Shown here: piece after piece, positions 21,358 through 29,756 of the stretch
Numbering within the stretch: position 1 is the first letter of the stretch
Layout: each line of letters begins with the position of its first letter
Origin: Kofleriaceae bacterium
GTDB lineage: Bacteria; Myxococcota_A; Polyangia; Haliangiales; Haliangiaceae
Assembly (NCBI GenBank): GCA_046597055.1
Contig: JBKJLC010000178.1
Location: 1-64,000, forward strand
Direction: 5' to 3'
DNA length: 64,000 nucleotides
Program-made: the position numbers and the translations under genes
Notes under the pieces: model-generated
Databases searched by the model: none
What the model was told of the DNA's origin: nothing
Seen by the model: the letters and a program-made list of their open reading frames with translations, nothing else

Positions 21358-23385
21358 GTGGCCTCACGCCTTCGCCGAGCCGCCGCGTGGCTGGCTCCGA
21401 CCGTCGCCCTGGCGGCGCTGACCACCACGATCGCCGCGGTGAGCGAGAGCGCGGCTGCCAGCGATGGCGCGCTCGCGGTCGCAGCCGGAGCCGGCTTCGC
21501 GCTCGCGGTGGCCTGGCCGGTCGCGCTCGGGCTGGCGCTGATCGGGCGAATCCTGGCCGCCGCGTGGCGACCGCGCGCCCTGATCGCTGGCCTGTCCGAC
21601 CCGGGCGGCGGCGCGCCCCGGCTGCTCGGCTGGATCGTCGGGCTGCTCGCCGGGATCGCGCTGCTGGTGTGGGCGACCAACCAGACCGTGTGGGTGTTCG
21701 CGCGGGCGACCGCGTTCAAGCCGCGCACGATGGCGTACCTGCTGCCGATCGCGATGGTGCTCGTGGTGGTGGCGGTCATCCTTGCCACCCGCGCGGTCGC
21801 GGTCGGGGCCGGCGGGCTGGCCACCGCGGCCGAGGCCGGTTGGCAGCGCCGCCGCGACCGGCCCCTGTTCACGCCGCGGCGGATCGCGGGCGCGGGGCTG
21901 ATCGTGCTCGTGGTCGGCGGCGGAGTGGTCTGGCAGCTGCTCCTTCGTCCGGTGTTCGGACACGTGGCGATCGGCGAGCTGCGCGTGGTCGCGGCCGTGG
22001 TCGCCGGCCTGATCGTCGGTCACCTCGGCTGGCGCCGGGTCGGCACCGGACGGCGCGGCACCGCGCGCACGATCGCCGCGCTGGTCAGCATCGCGGCCGC
22101 GACCGGCCTGGTCGGGCTCGCGCTGTGGGTGCGCCAGGCGCGTCCGGGCCTGGTGCTCGGCCTGTGGGGCGACGGCGGGCTCGGCGCCGACGCGATCGAT
22201 CTCGTCTACGATCTGTACCAGGTGCGCAACGACGTGCCCGCGGCCGACCTGGTCCCGCCGACCCGCGCGGGCGCGCCCCACCGCGACATCATCCTGGTCA
22301 CGATCGACACGTTCCGACCCGAGCGGATCCAGCCGTACGGTGGCCCGGCCCGGACGCCGACGCTGACCGAGCTTGCCCGTCGCGGCACGCTGTTCGAGTG
22401 GGCGTTCGCGCCGTCGAACGTGACCCGCCGGTCGATCCCGGCGATCGCGACCGGGCTGGCCCCGCCGCGCATCCATGGCCGGGTCAGCGGCTGGGCGCTG
22501 CGGATGGATCCGCGCCACGTCACGGTCGCCGAGCGGCTGCGCGCCGGTGGCTACCGCACGCTGGGGCTGTTCTGCTGCGACGGCTTCTGGGCGCCGCGCC
22601 GACGGCTCGGCCTCGAGCGCGGCATCGACGATCTCGTGATCGAGCACGACGGCGCGACCCTGGTCGCGGCCTACCGTGATCGTATCCGGGGCCGGGTCCC
22701 GGGCGCCGCGCCGACCTTCACGTGGATCCACTTCATCGAGCTGCACGAGTGGGCCGGCGGCAACCCGGCGCTCACGCCGGAGCTGCGTCGCCGCTACGAC
22801 GAGATCCTCACCCAGGTCGACGGCTTCGTCGGCGAGCTGGTCGCCGCCACCGCCGATCGCCCGGCCGAGGACCAGCCGCTGATCATCGTCACCGGCGATC
22901 ATGGTGAGGCGTTCGGCGAGCACGGTCAGCCGTTCCACTCGTCGGACCTGTACAACTCGCAGATCCGGGTGCCGCTGATCGTCGCCGGGCCCGGGGTGGT
23001 GACCGCCCGGGTGGCGGAGGCGGTGGCGCTGGTCGACCTCGCGCCGACCATCCTCGATCTCGCTGGCTTCGTGCCGCCGGGCGCCCCGACCATGGATGGG
23101 CGCTCGCTCGCGGACGTGCTGACCGGCGCGCGTCGGCCGGAGGTCGAGCGCGGTCGCGCGTACGCGGCGATGATGGTCGACCGGTTCATCCGCGAGCGGC
23201 GGGCCGCGCTCGTGCACGGGTCGTGGAAGCTGATCGAGCAGCTGGGCCGATTCGAGCTGTATGACCTGGCGACGGATCCGGCGGAGCTGCGGGATGTTGC
23301 CGGGAGCCAGCCCGAGCGGTTGCGGGTGATGAAGGCGCGGCTGAGCGAGCGGCAGGCGCTGGATCGGGTGTCACCTTTTCGGTGA
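21358..23385 (+). CDS. Membrane-anchored sulfatase-like (alkaline phosphatase superfamily) hydrolase/transferase
   Basis: N-terminal TMs; LVTIDTFR, GDHGEAFGEHG, LVDLAPT and ELYDLATDPAE motifs. Confidence 0.85.
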   Translation: MASRLRRAAAWLAPTVALAALTTTIAAVSESAAASDGALAVAAGAGFALAVAWPVALGLALIGRILAAAWRPRALIAGLSDPGGGAPRLLGWIVGLLAGIALLVWATNQTVWVFARATAFKPRTMAYLLPIAMVLVVVAVILATRAVAVGAGGLATAAEAGWQRRRDRPLFTPRRIAGAGLIVLVVGGGVVWQLLLRPVFGHVAIGELRVVAAVVAGLIVGHLGWRRVGTGRRGTARTIAALVSIAAATGLVGLALWVRQARPGLVLGLWGDGGLGADAIDLVYDLYQVRNDVPAADLVPPTRAGAPHRDIILVTIDTFRPERIQPYGGPARTPTLTELARRGTLFEWAFAPSNVTRRSIPAIATGLAPPRIHGRVSGWALRMDPRHVTVAERLRAGGYRTLGLFCCDGFWAPRRRLGLERGIDDLVIEHDGATLVAAYRDRIRGRVPGAAPTFTWIHFIELHEWAGGNPALTPELRRRYDEILTQVDGFVGELVAATADRPAEDQPLIIVTGDHGEAFGEHGQPFHSSDLYNSQIRVPLIVAGPGVVTARVAEAVALVDLAPTILDLAGFVPPGAPTMDGRSLADVLTGARRPEVERGRAYAAMMVDRFIRERRAALVHGSWKLIEQLGRFELYDLATDPAELRDVAGSQPERLRVMKARLSERQALDRVSPFR

Positions 23386-25587
23386 TGGCGGAGTGGGAGT
23401 GGGAGTGGGGCGGCGGCGGAGCTCGGCGTAGTCGATGAAGAGGACGTCGGCGGGGCGGCCGGAGGGGATCGCGAGCTCGACCCAGTGGCGGCCGGGGCCG
23501 AGCTCGAGGTCGACGGGGTGCTCGACCAGGGTCCAGGTTGGCGCCGCGGTGGCGAGGCCGCGTGCGACCGGGACGCCGTCGACGAGGAGGTCGAAGGTGG
23601 GGCCGCGCGGGTGGTGGGCGAGGCCGAGGCCGAGCGTGATGGGCCCGGCATCGGCGGCGATCGCCCAGACCGGGAAGCCGAACCGGGCGGGGCCCGCGTG
23701 GTCGAGCGTGAAGCGCAAGGCGGCGCCGCTCGACAGGGGCAGGTTGCCGACCCACGGCACCGGTGCGCGATCGCCGAACCCGCCGCGGGCTTGCTCGAGC
23801 GGATAGAGCGCCCCGCCCTCGTGCCGCATCGGCGCGTCGGGCGGGTAGGTCAGCCGCTGCAGGCGCAGGCCGCGCAGTCGGTAGGGCTCGCGCTCGGGGT
23901 AGATGCGGGCGAAGCCGGCGTTGGCGCGATCGCCGAGATCCTTCACGACCAGCGGCTGGTTGCGTCCGACCGCGGCCGGGTGGGCGTTGAACGCGGCCGG
24001 GATCACCATCGAGTCGACGAACACCAGCGTGCCGTGCAGCGAGGGCGCGTCGAGGACGCGCACGACCTTGCCGTCCTGCAGGTGTGGGCGCTTGCCGGCG
24101 TGCTGCTCGATCGCGGGCCGCTGCGCGATCATGCCGGCGACGACCACCGCCGGCAGCGCCAGCCCGAGCGCGCCGCTGGCGATCACGCCGCCGCGACCGC
24201 GCCGCGCGAGCCAGCCGCCGAGATCGACCACCGCCGCGGCCGAGGCCAGCAGCGCGAACGGGAACCCGAGGTAGTAGAAGCGCGCCCCGTACGCGACCCC
24301 GTGATAGAAGAACAGGCCGTAGCCGAGGACGGTGGCGACCACGACCCCCGCCAGGAGCGCGCGCCGCCGCGCCGCGGCCCCGCCGGCGATGGCGCCGCCG
24401 AGCAGGCCCAGCACCGGCAACAGCGCCAGTGGTGCCCAGCCGAACGAGTAGCGGGTCCACGCGTCGAGCCGCTTGCGGGTGTTGGCCACCGCGTGCCGGG
24501 GCTGGAAGCCGTCCTTGCCGAAGCTGGTGTTCTGCGTGAGCGGACACTCGCCGACGCCGGGCCCGAAGCCGAGCCGGAAGCAGTCGCCGCGGCGCTCCTT
24601 CAGCTGCATGTAGCGCTGCTGCGGCGGCAAGAGCGCGCTGCCGGTGAGCGCGTGGTTGTACGCGAGATAGCCGCTGGCGATCGGCAGCGCGCACAGCGCC
24701 GCCAGCAGCAGCGGGCCCACCACCTGGCGCCGTCGGCGCACGAGCGCCCACGCGACCACCGGCACCAGCGCGGCCGCGACGATCACCGCGTCGAGCTGGC
24801 GGGTGGCCCCCAGGAACGCGAGCGCGGCGCCGCCGACGCCGGCCCACACCCGCGCCCGGCGACCCTCGCCCAGGACGCCGCGCCAGATCCCGAGCACGGC
24901 CAGCGCGCCGGCCAGCGCCGCGGTGGGATGGGCCATGTAGCTGCCCTCGTTCATCAGCCGGAACCACGAGCCGAGGAACAGGAGCGGCGCGAGCCGCGCC
25001 CCCGCGCCGTCGCCGCCGAGCACCTCCCGGGCGAGCGCCCACAGGATCAGCGCCAGCGCCGCGCCGAGCAGCGGGTTGATCAGCCACGGCGCGCCGACCC
25101 GCTCCCCGCCGGCCAGCAGCAGCGGGTAGCCGGGCGGGAACACCGCGTACCAGCGGCCGCCGTCGTGGGTGCCCCACGACACGTAGTGGAACTCGGGCGC
25201 CGGCGGCGACGGCGCGACCAGATCGCCGCCGGCGAACGTACGCGCGGTGTGCAGGTAGCCCAGCTCGTCAGGCACCTGCGGCACGTGCTTGTGGATGCGC
25301 CAGTGCGCCCACAGCGCGGTCACCAGCGCGACCGCCACGATCGCGGCCGCGAACCCACGGGCCGGGACCTGCGCGAGCAGCCGCGCGGGCGGATGGCCCC
25401 GCCACGCCAGCAGCGCCCCGACCGCGAGCGCCGCGGCGATCGCGGCCAGGTGCGGCGGATGCGCGATCGCGCGGGCGGCCTCGCCGAAGATGGGCACGCC
25501 GCCCGCGATCAGGCCGACGATGCCCGCGAGCGCGACCACCCCCAGGAAGCCGCGCGCGGCGAGCGTGACGATCGAGACGATCCGCAT
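23371..25587 (-). CDS. Polytopic membrane protein, probable GT-C (PMT/ArnT-like) glycosyltransferase
   Basis: PDELGY loop motif, FPPGYP, YGARFY, many TMs and a C-terminal soluble domain. Confidence 0.7.
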   Translation of the reverse strand: MRIVSIVTLAARGFLGVVALAGIVGLIAGGVPIFGEAARAIAHPPHLAAIAAALAVGALLAWRGHPPARLLAQVPARGFAAAIVAVALVTALWAHWRIHKHVPQVPDELGYLHTARTFAGGDLVAPSPPAPEFHYVSWGTHDGGRWYAVFPPGYPLLLAGGERVGAPWLINPLLGAALALILWALAREVLGGDGAGARLAPLLFLGSWFRLMNEGSYMAHPTAALAGALAVLGIWRGVLGEGRRARVWAGVGGAALAFLGATRQLDAVIVAAALVPVVAWALVRRRRQVVGPLLLAALCALPIASGYLAYNHALTGSALLPPQQRYMQLKERRGDCFRLGFGPGVGECPLTQNTSFGKDGFQPRHAVANTRKRLDAWTRYSFGWAPLALLPVLGLLGGAIAGGAAARRRALLAGVVVATVLGYGLFFYHGVAYGARFYYLGFPFALLASAAAVVDLGGWLARRGRGGVIASGALGLALPAVVVAGMIAQRPAIEQHAGKRPHLQDGKVVRVLDAPSLHGTLVFVDSMVIPAAFNAHPAAVGRNQPLVVKDLGDRANAGFARIYPEREPYRLRGLRLQRLTYPPDAPMRHEGGALYPLEQARGGFGDRAPVPWVGNLPLSSGAALRFTLDHAGPARFGFPVWAIAADAGPITLGLGLAHHPRGPTFDLLVDGVPVARGLATAAPTWTLVEHPVDLELGPGRHWVELAIPSGRPADVLFIDYAELRRRPTPTPTPPSPKR

Positions 25588-25589
25588 GG

Positions 25590-27149
25590 CTACTCGATCC
25601 AGATCGGGTTGATGATCGCGAACGGCACCACGCCGGGCCGGCCCTTCTCGACCTGGTAGGTCCCGGTCATCTCGACCGGCAGCGGCTCGTCCCCGCCGGC
25701 GTCGACGCCGATCCAGGTCGGCGCGGTGACCGGCACCTCGAGCCGGACCCGGTGCCGGGTGGCGCCCGGTGGCACCGGCTCGACCCGGACCACCGCGCCG
25801 CCGACCCGGATGCGCAGCTCGGTCGCGTGCACCCACGAGGCCTGGGCCAGCTCGACGTCGATCACGACCCGACCGCCCGGCGCGCGCAGGACCTGGCCGG
25901 GCCCGACCGGCGCACCCGCGGTCGGGTCCACCACCTCGACGTCGAGCCAGGGGCCGGTGGTCGCGACCGCGCGGCGCCCGCGGATGGCCGCGACGAAGCC
26001 GGCCTCGTCGAACGGCGCCAGCCGGGTGTCGCCGACCCGCACGTAGGTCCGCGCCACGCCGTCGAGCACGCCGTTGAGGTGGTGAACGTCGCTGCTGCCC
26101 ACGCCGGTGACCCGCACGCCGTGCGACGCCAGCGTGTAGAAGTCGCGCACGCTCTGATCGACGCGGCGATCGCCCGGGGCGTTGAACGCGGTGTGGCCGG
26201 CCAGCACCTCGACCGCGTCGAAGTCGAGCGGGAACGGCGGCGGCCACGCCACGCCATCCCAGCCGGCGGTGTCGTAGAGCGCGTAGACCCGGAACCGGGG
26301 ATGGTTGACCTGCACCACCGGGCGCCCGGGCAGCGCGTGGCCCCACGCCATGAACGCCGCCGGCGTCCAGCGCGCCATCTCCTCGGCGGCGGGGCTGCCT
26401 CCGCGGGGCGCGGCCGTGATCACCGGCACCGGGTACACGCCCAGGTGCACCGCGTCGTTGCCGGCCTCGTTGGACGCGATCGACGCGATCACGTCGCCCA
26501 GGCCGAGCGCGGCGATCTCGTCGTCGAGATCCCCGGCCGCGGCGTGGTCGGACAGCGCGGTCACCTGCAGCCCCGACGCGACCTGCGTCATGACCCGGAT
26601 CCGGTCGGGCAGCCGCGAGTCGTTGGACGCGGCCGCGTGCACGTGGAGATCGGCGGCCAGGGCGCCGTCGGCGCGCCAGGCCCGCACCAGCGGGATCGTG
26701 AGCGCGACCGTCTCGCCCGCGCCGATCACGACCTCCCCCTCCCACCGCTCGTGCTCGAAGCCGCGCCAGGCCCACACCCGGTAGCGCCCGAGCGGCAGCG
26801 CCGGCGAGGGCTCGCACCGGTCGCCGCCGCCGACCGGCATGGTCGCGGTCCCGTACGCGAGCACCAGGCCGTGCCAGGTGCCGATCACGCCGGGCCCGAG
26901 CTCGCACGCGCCGGCGACCTGGCGCGCTCCGCCGTACAGCTCGGCGGTGCCGAACCGGACCGGCTGATCGCCGTCCCAGAACAGCACGCGCGCCGCGGTC
27001 GGCGGCCCGCCGACGCCGTCGGTGACCGTGATCAGCAGCCGCGCCGGGGTCGGCGCCGCGCGCCGGTCGCGCTGACACGCCCCGCCTCCCGCCGCGATCA
27101 TCACCGCCATCACGACTCGCCGGGCCCGCCCGTCGCTGCTACCGCGCAC
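25590..27149 (-). CDS. CehA/McbA-like PHP-domain metallohydrolase, probably exported
   Basis: ADLHVH, SDH, VNHPR and GSSDVH motifs. Confidence 0.8.
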   Translation of the reverse strand: MRGSSDGRARRVVMAVMIAAGGGACQRDRRAAPTPARLLITVTDGVGGPPTAARVLFWDGDQPVRFGTAELYGGARQVAGACELGPGVIGTWHGLVLAYGTATMPVGGGDRCEPSPALPLGRYRVWAWRGFEHERWEGEVVIGAGETVALTIPLVRAWRADGALAADLHVHAAASNDSRLPDRIRVMTQVASGLQVTALSDHAAAGDLDDEIAALGLGDVIASIASNEAGNDAVHLGVYPVPVITAAPRGGSPAAEEMARWTPAAFMAWGHALPGRPVVQVNHPRFRVYALYDTAGWDGVAWPPPFPLDFDAVEVLAGHTAFNAPGDRRVDQSVRDFYTLASHGVRVTGVGSSDVHHLNGVLDGVARTYVRVGDTRLAPFDEAGFVAAIRGRRAVATTGPWLDVEVVDPTAGAPVGPGQVLRAPGGRVVIDVELAQASWVHATELRIRVGGAVVRVEPVPPGATRHRVRLEVPVTAPTWIGVDAGGDEPLPVEMTGTYQVEKGRPGVVPFAIINPIWIE

Positions 27150-27792
27150 GCTCCGCTTTCGCCTTGTACTCGTAGTAGCGCTCGAGAACCATCTTCAGAT
27201 AGAGGCGCGTGTGCGCGTACGGCGGCACCTGGTTGCCGTACTTGGCGAGCGAGCCGGCGCCGGCGTGATACGCCGCGATCGTGAGGACGAGGTCGCCCTG
27301 GTACTTGTTGGCCAGCACCCGCAGCAGCCGGGTGCCGCCCAGGATGTTCTCGCGGGGGTCGAACACGTTGGCGACCCGCATGTCGTGCTCGACCGCGGGC
27401 ATGAGCTGCATCAGGCCCTTGGCGCCCACCCGCGACACCACCCGCGGGTCGTAGTCGCTCTCGGTCTTGATCACCGCGCGGATCAGCGGCTCGGGGATGC
27501 GATACAGCGACGACGCCTCGCCGATGAACCCGTTGTAGCGGGTCAGCCGCTCGGCGCTGTGGTCGCGGGCCGGCACCATGTCGCAGCGCGCGCAGCCGCC
27601 CCGATCGGCGCTGGCCTTGGTGCCGGCGTCGGGCGGCTCGACCACGATCTTCTTCCAGCCCCGGCCCTTGCGCGGCTTGATGTTGGTGAAGTGCACCACG
27701 CCGTCGTCGTCGGTCCACGTGTAGATGTCGGCCACCGCCGGCTCGAGCGCCACCAGCAGGACGCCGAGGACCAGGACGAGACGACCGGACAT
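27139..27792 (-). CDS. Lytic transglycosylase (SLT) with N-terminal DUF4124-like domain
   Basis: IYTWTDDDGVVHFTN; ESDY, GAKGLMQLMP and AAYHAG motifs. Confidence 0.92.
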   Translation of the reverse strand: MSGRLVLVLGVLLVALEPAVADIYTWTDDDGVVHFTNIKPRKGRGWKKIVVEPPDAGTKASADRGGCARCDMVPARDHSAERLTRYNGFIGEASSLYRIPEPLIRAVIKTESDYDPRVVSRVGAKGLMQLMPAVEHDMRVANVFDPRENILGGTRLLRVLANKYQGDLVLTIAAYHAGAGSLAKYGNQVPPYAHTRLYLKMVLERYYEYKAKAERAR

Positions 27793-27878
27793 CCGGCTGA
27801 GTCTAACGGCCGGTGACCGCCCATGCAAAACCCGGTTCGCCGGCCGAGCCCGGCCACGGCTCGCGGTAAGGTCGCGCG

Positions 27879-29468
27879 ATGGCCGAGCCGGTCGAAACCG
27901 ATTATCTGGTCCTGGGCTCCGGGATCGCGGGCCTGTCCTTCGCGATCGACGCGGCCGCGCACGGCCGGGTGCTGGTCATCACGAAGAAGCAGCCGAGCGA
28001 CACCAACACCAACTGGGCGCAGGGCGGCGTCGCCGCGGTGCTCGCGACCGACGACTCGGTCGAGCAGCACGTCGCCGACACGCTGACCGTGGGCGATGGC
28101 CTGTGCAACCCGGCGGTGGTCGAGTCGATCGTCCGCGAGGGCCCGGCCGCGGTCGCCAAGCTGCTCGAGCTCGGCACCCACCTCGACCGCGGGGCCGACG
28201 GCGAGCTCGACCTCACGCGCGAGGGCGGCCACAGCCGCCGTCGGGTGGTCCACCACGAGGACGTCACCGGCCGCGAGATCCAGCGCGCGCTGCTCGCCGC
28301 CGCCGCGGCCCATCCCAACATCACCATCCTCGACGACCACATCGCGGTCGACCTGCTCAACATGGCCAAGTACGGCGGCGAGGCCGCCTGCTTCGGCGCC
28401 TACGTGCTCGACCGCACCAGCGGCGAGGTCAAGACCATCGTCGCGCGGGCGACCGTGCTCGCCACCGGCGGCGCCGGCAAGGTCTACGTCTACACCTCCA
28501 ACCCGGACGTCGCCACCGGCGACGGCATCGCGATGGCGTACCGCATCGGCGCGGTGGTCTCGAACCTCGAGTTCGTCCAGTTCCATCCGACCGTGCTCTA
28601 CCACCCGCACGCCAAGAGCTTTCTCATCTCCGAGGCGCTGCGCGGCGAGGGCGGCAAGCTGCGGCTGGCCACCGGCGAGCGCTTCATGGACGCCTACCAC
28701 GAGCGCGCCGAGCTCGGTCCGCGCGACGTGGTCGCCCGCGCGATCGACAACGAGCTCAAGAAGTCGGGGGCCGACTCGGTGTTCCTCGACATGACCCACC
28801 TGGCGCCCGACTTCGTGCGCGCGCGCTTCCCCAACATCCACGATCGGTGCCTCGAGCTCGGCATCGACATCACCAAGCAGCCGATCCCGGTGGTGCCGGC
28901 CGCGCACTACATGTGCGGGGGCATCAAGGCCGATGAGCACGGCCGCACCACCGTGCGCAACCTGTACGCGATCGGCGAGTGCTCGTGGACCGGCCTGCAC
29001 GGCGCCTGTCGGCTCGCCTCGAACTCGCTGCTCGAGGGCATGGTGATCGCCAAGCGAGCCGCGGTCGACATCCGCGCCAGCGAGTCGGTGCGCCCCGGCC
29101 AGATCATCCCGTGGCAGCGGGGCGAGGCGACCGACTCCAACGACGCGATCGTGGTCGCGCTCAACTGGGACGAGATCCGCCGCTTCATGTGGTCGTACGT
29201 CGGCATCGTGCGCTCCGACAAGCGCCTCGACCGGGCCCGCCGCCGCATCGAGCTGCTACGCGAGGAGATCCGCGAGTACTACTGGAACTTCAAGATCGAC
29301 TCCGACGTGATCGAGCTCCGCAACCTCGCCCTGGTCGCCCACCTCATCATCGAGAGCGCGCGCCGGCGCAAGGAGTCGCGCGGCCTCCACTACACCGTCG
29401 ACTACCCGCAGAAGGCTGCCGTCGTACGCGACACCGAGCTCCAGCTCTCCAACGGCCCCGCCGCCTGA
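27879..29468 (+). CDS. nadB: L-aspartate oxidase
   Basis: GSGIAG, WAQGG, EGGHS, QFHPT, LISEALRGEG, AHYMCGG, LASNSLLE and ESRGLH motifs. Confidence 0.96.
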   Translation: MAEPVETDYLVLGSGIAGLSFAIDAAAHGRVLVITKKQPSDTNTNWAQGGVAAVLATDDSVEQHVADTLTVGDGLCNPAVVESIVREGPAAVAKLLELGTHLDRGADGELDLTREGGHSRRRVVHHEDVTGREIQRALLAAAAAHPNITILDDHIAVDLLNMAKYGGEAACFGAYVLDRTSGEVKTIVARATVLATGGAGKVYVYTSNPDVATGDGIAMAYRIGAVVSNLEFVQFHPTVLYHPHAKSFLISEALRGEGGKLRLATGERFMDAYHERAELGPRDVVARAIDNELKKSGADSVFLDMTHLAPDFVRARFPNIHDRCLELGIDITKQPIPVVPAAHYMCGGIKADEHGRTTVRNLYAIGECSWTGLHGACRLASNSLLEGMVIAKRAAVDIRASESVRPGQIIPWQRGEATDSNDAIVVALNWDEIRRFMWSYVGIVRSDKRLDRARRRIELLREEIREYYWNFKIDSDVIELRNLALVAHLIIESARRRKESRGLHYTVDYPQKAAVVRDTELQLSNGPAA

Positions 29469-29589
29469 CCGCTTTCACACCCGCAGGCGTGAACCGCCGT
29501 TGACGATCGTGGCCGGCCCTGGCGGCGCAACCTGGCAGGATCGCTCGGCTCCTGCGAGCGATCCCGCCGGCGGCCGCGCCGACGGCCCC

Positions 29590-29605
29590 TGGCATCGCGG
29601 TCGCA
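29590..29605 (+). promoter_or_regulatory. Putative sigma54 (-24/-12) promoter
   Basis: TGGCATCGCGGTCGCA has exact GG-N10-GC spacing. Confidence 0.6.
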
Positions 29606-29615
29606 ATACCGGGGA

Positions 29616-29698
29616 GCGTCACTTCGCGACGCACTCTTGACGGACGGCCCGCGTCGCGGGGGGCCGCCGGGGCATACCGCCCCGGCGGCTATTTTTTT
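29616..29698 (+). ncRNA. Candidate small RNA
   Basis: Starts 12 nt after the -12 GC; two small hairpins followed by a terminator hairpin with U-tract; no plausible ORF. Confidence 0.5.
29663..29698 (+). terminator. Rho-independent terminator
   Basis: GCCGCCGGGGC-ATACC-GCCCCGGCGGC followed by TATTTTTTT. Confidence 0.9.
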
Positions 29699-29756
29699 CG
29701 GCGACGACGACCCGCGCGGGTTGCTCGCCAGGTACCCGCCGATCATCACGGTCATC

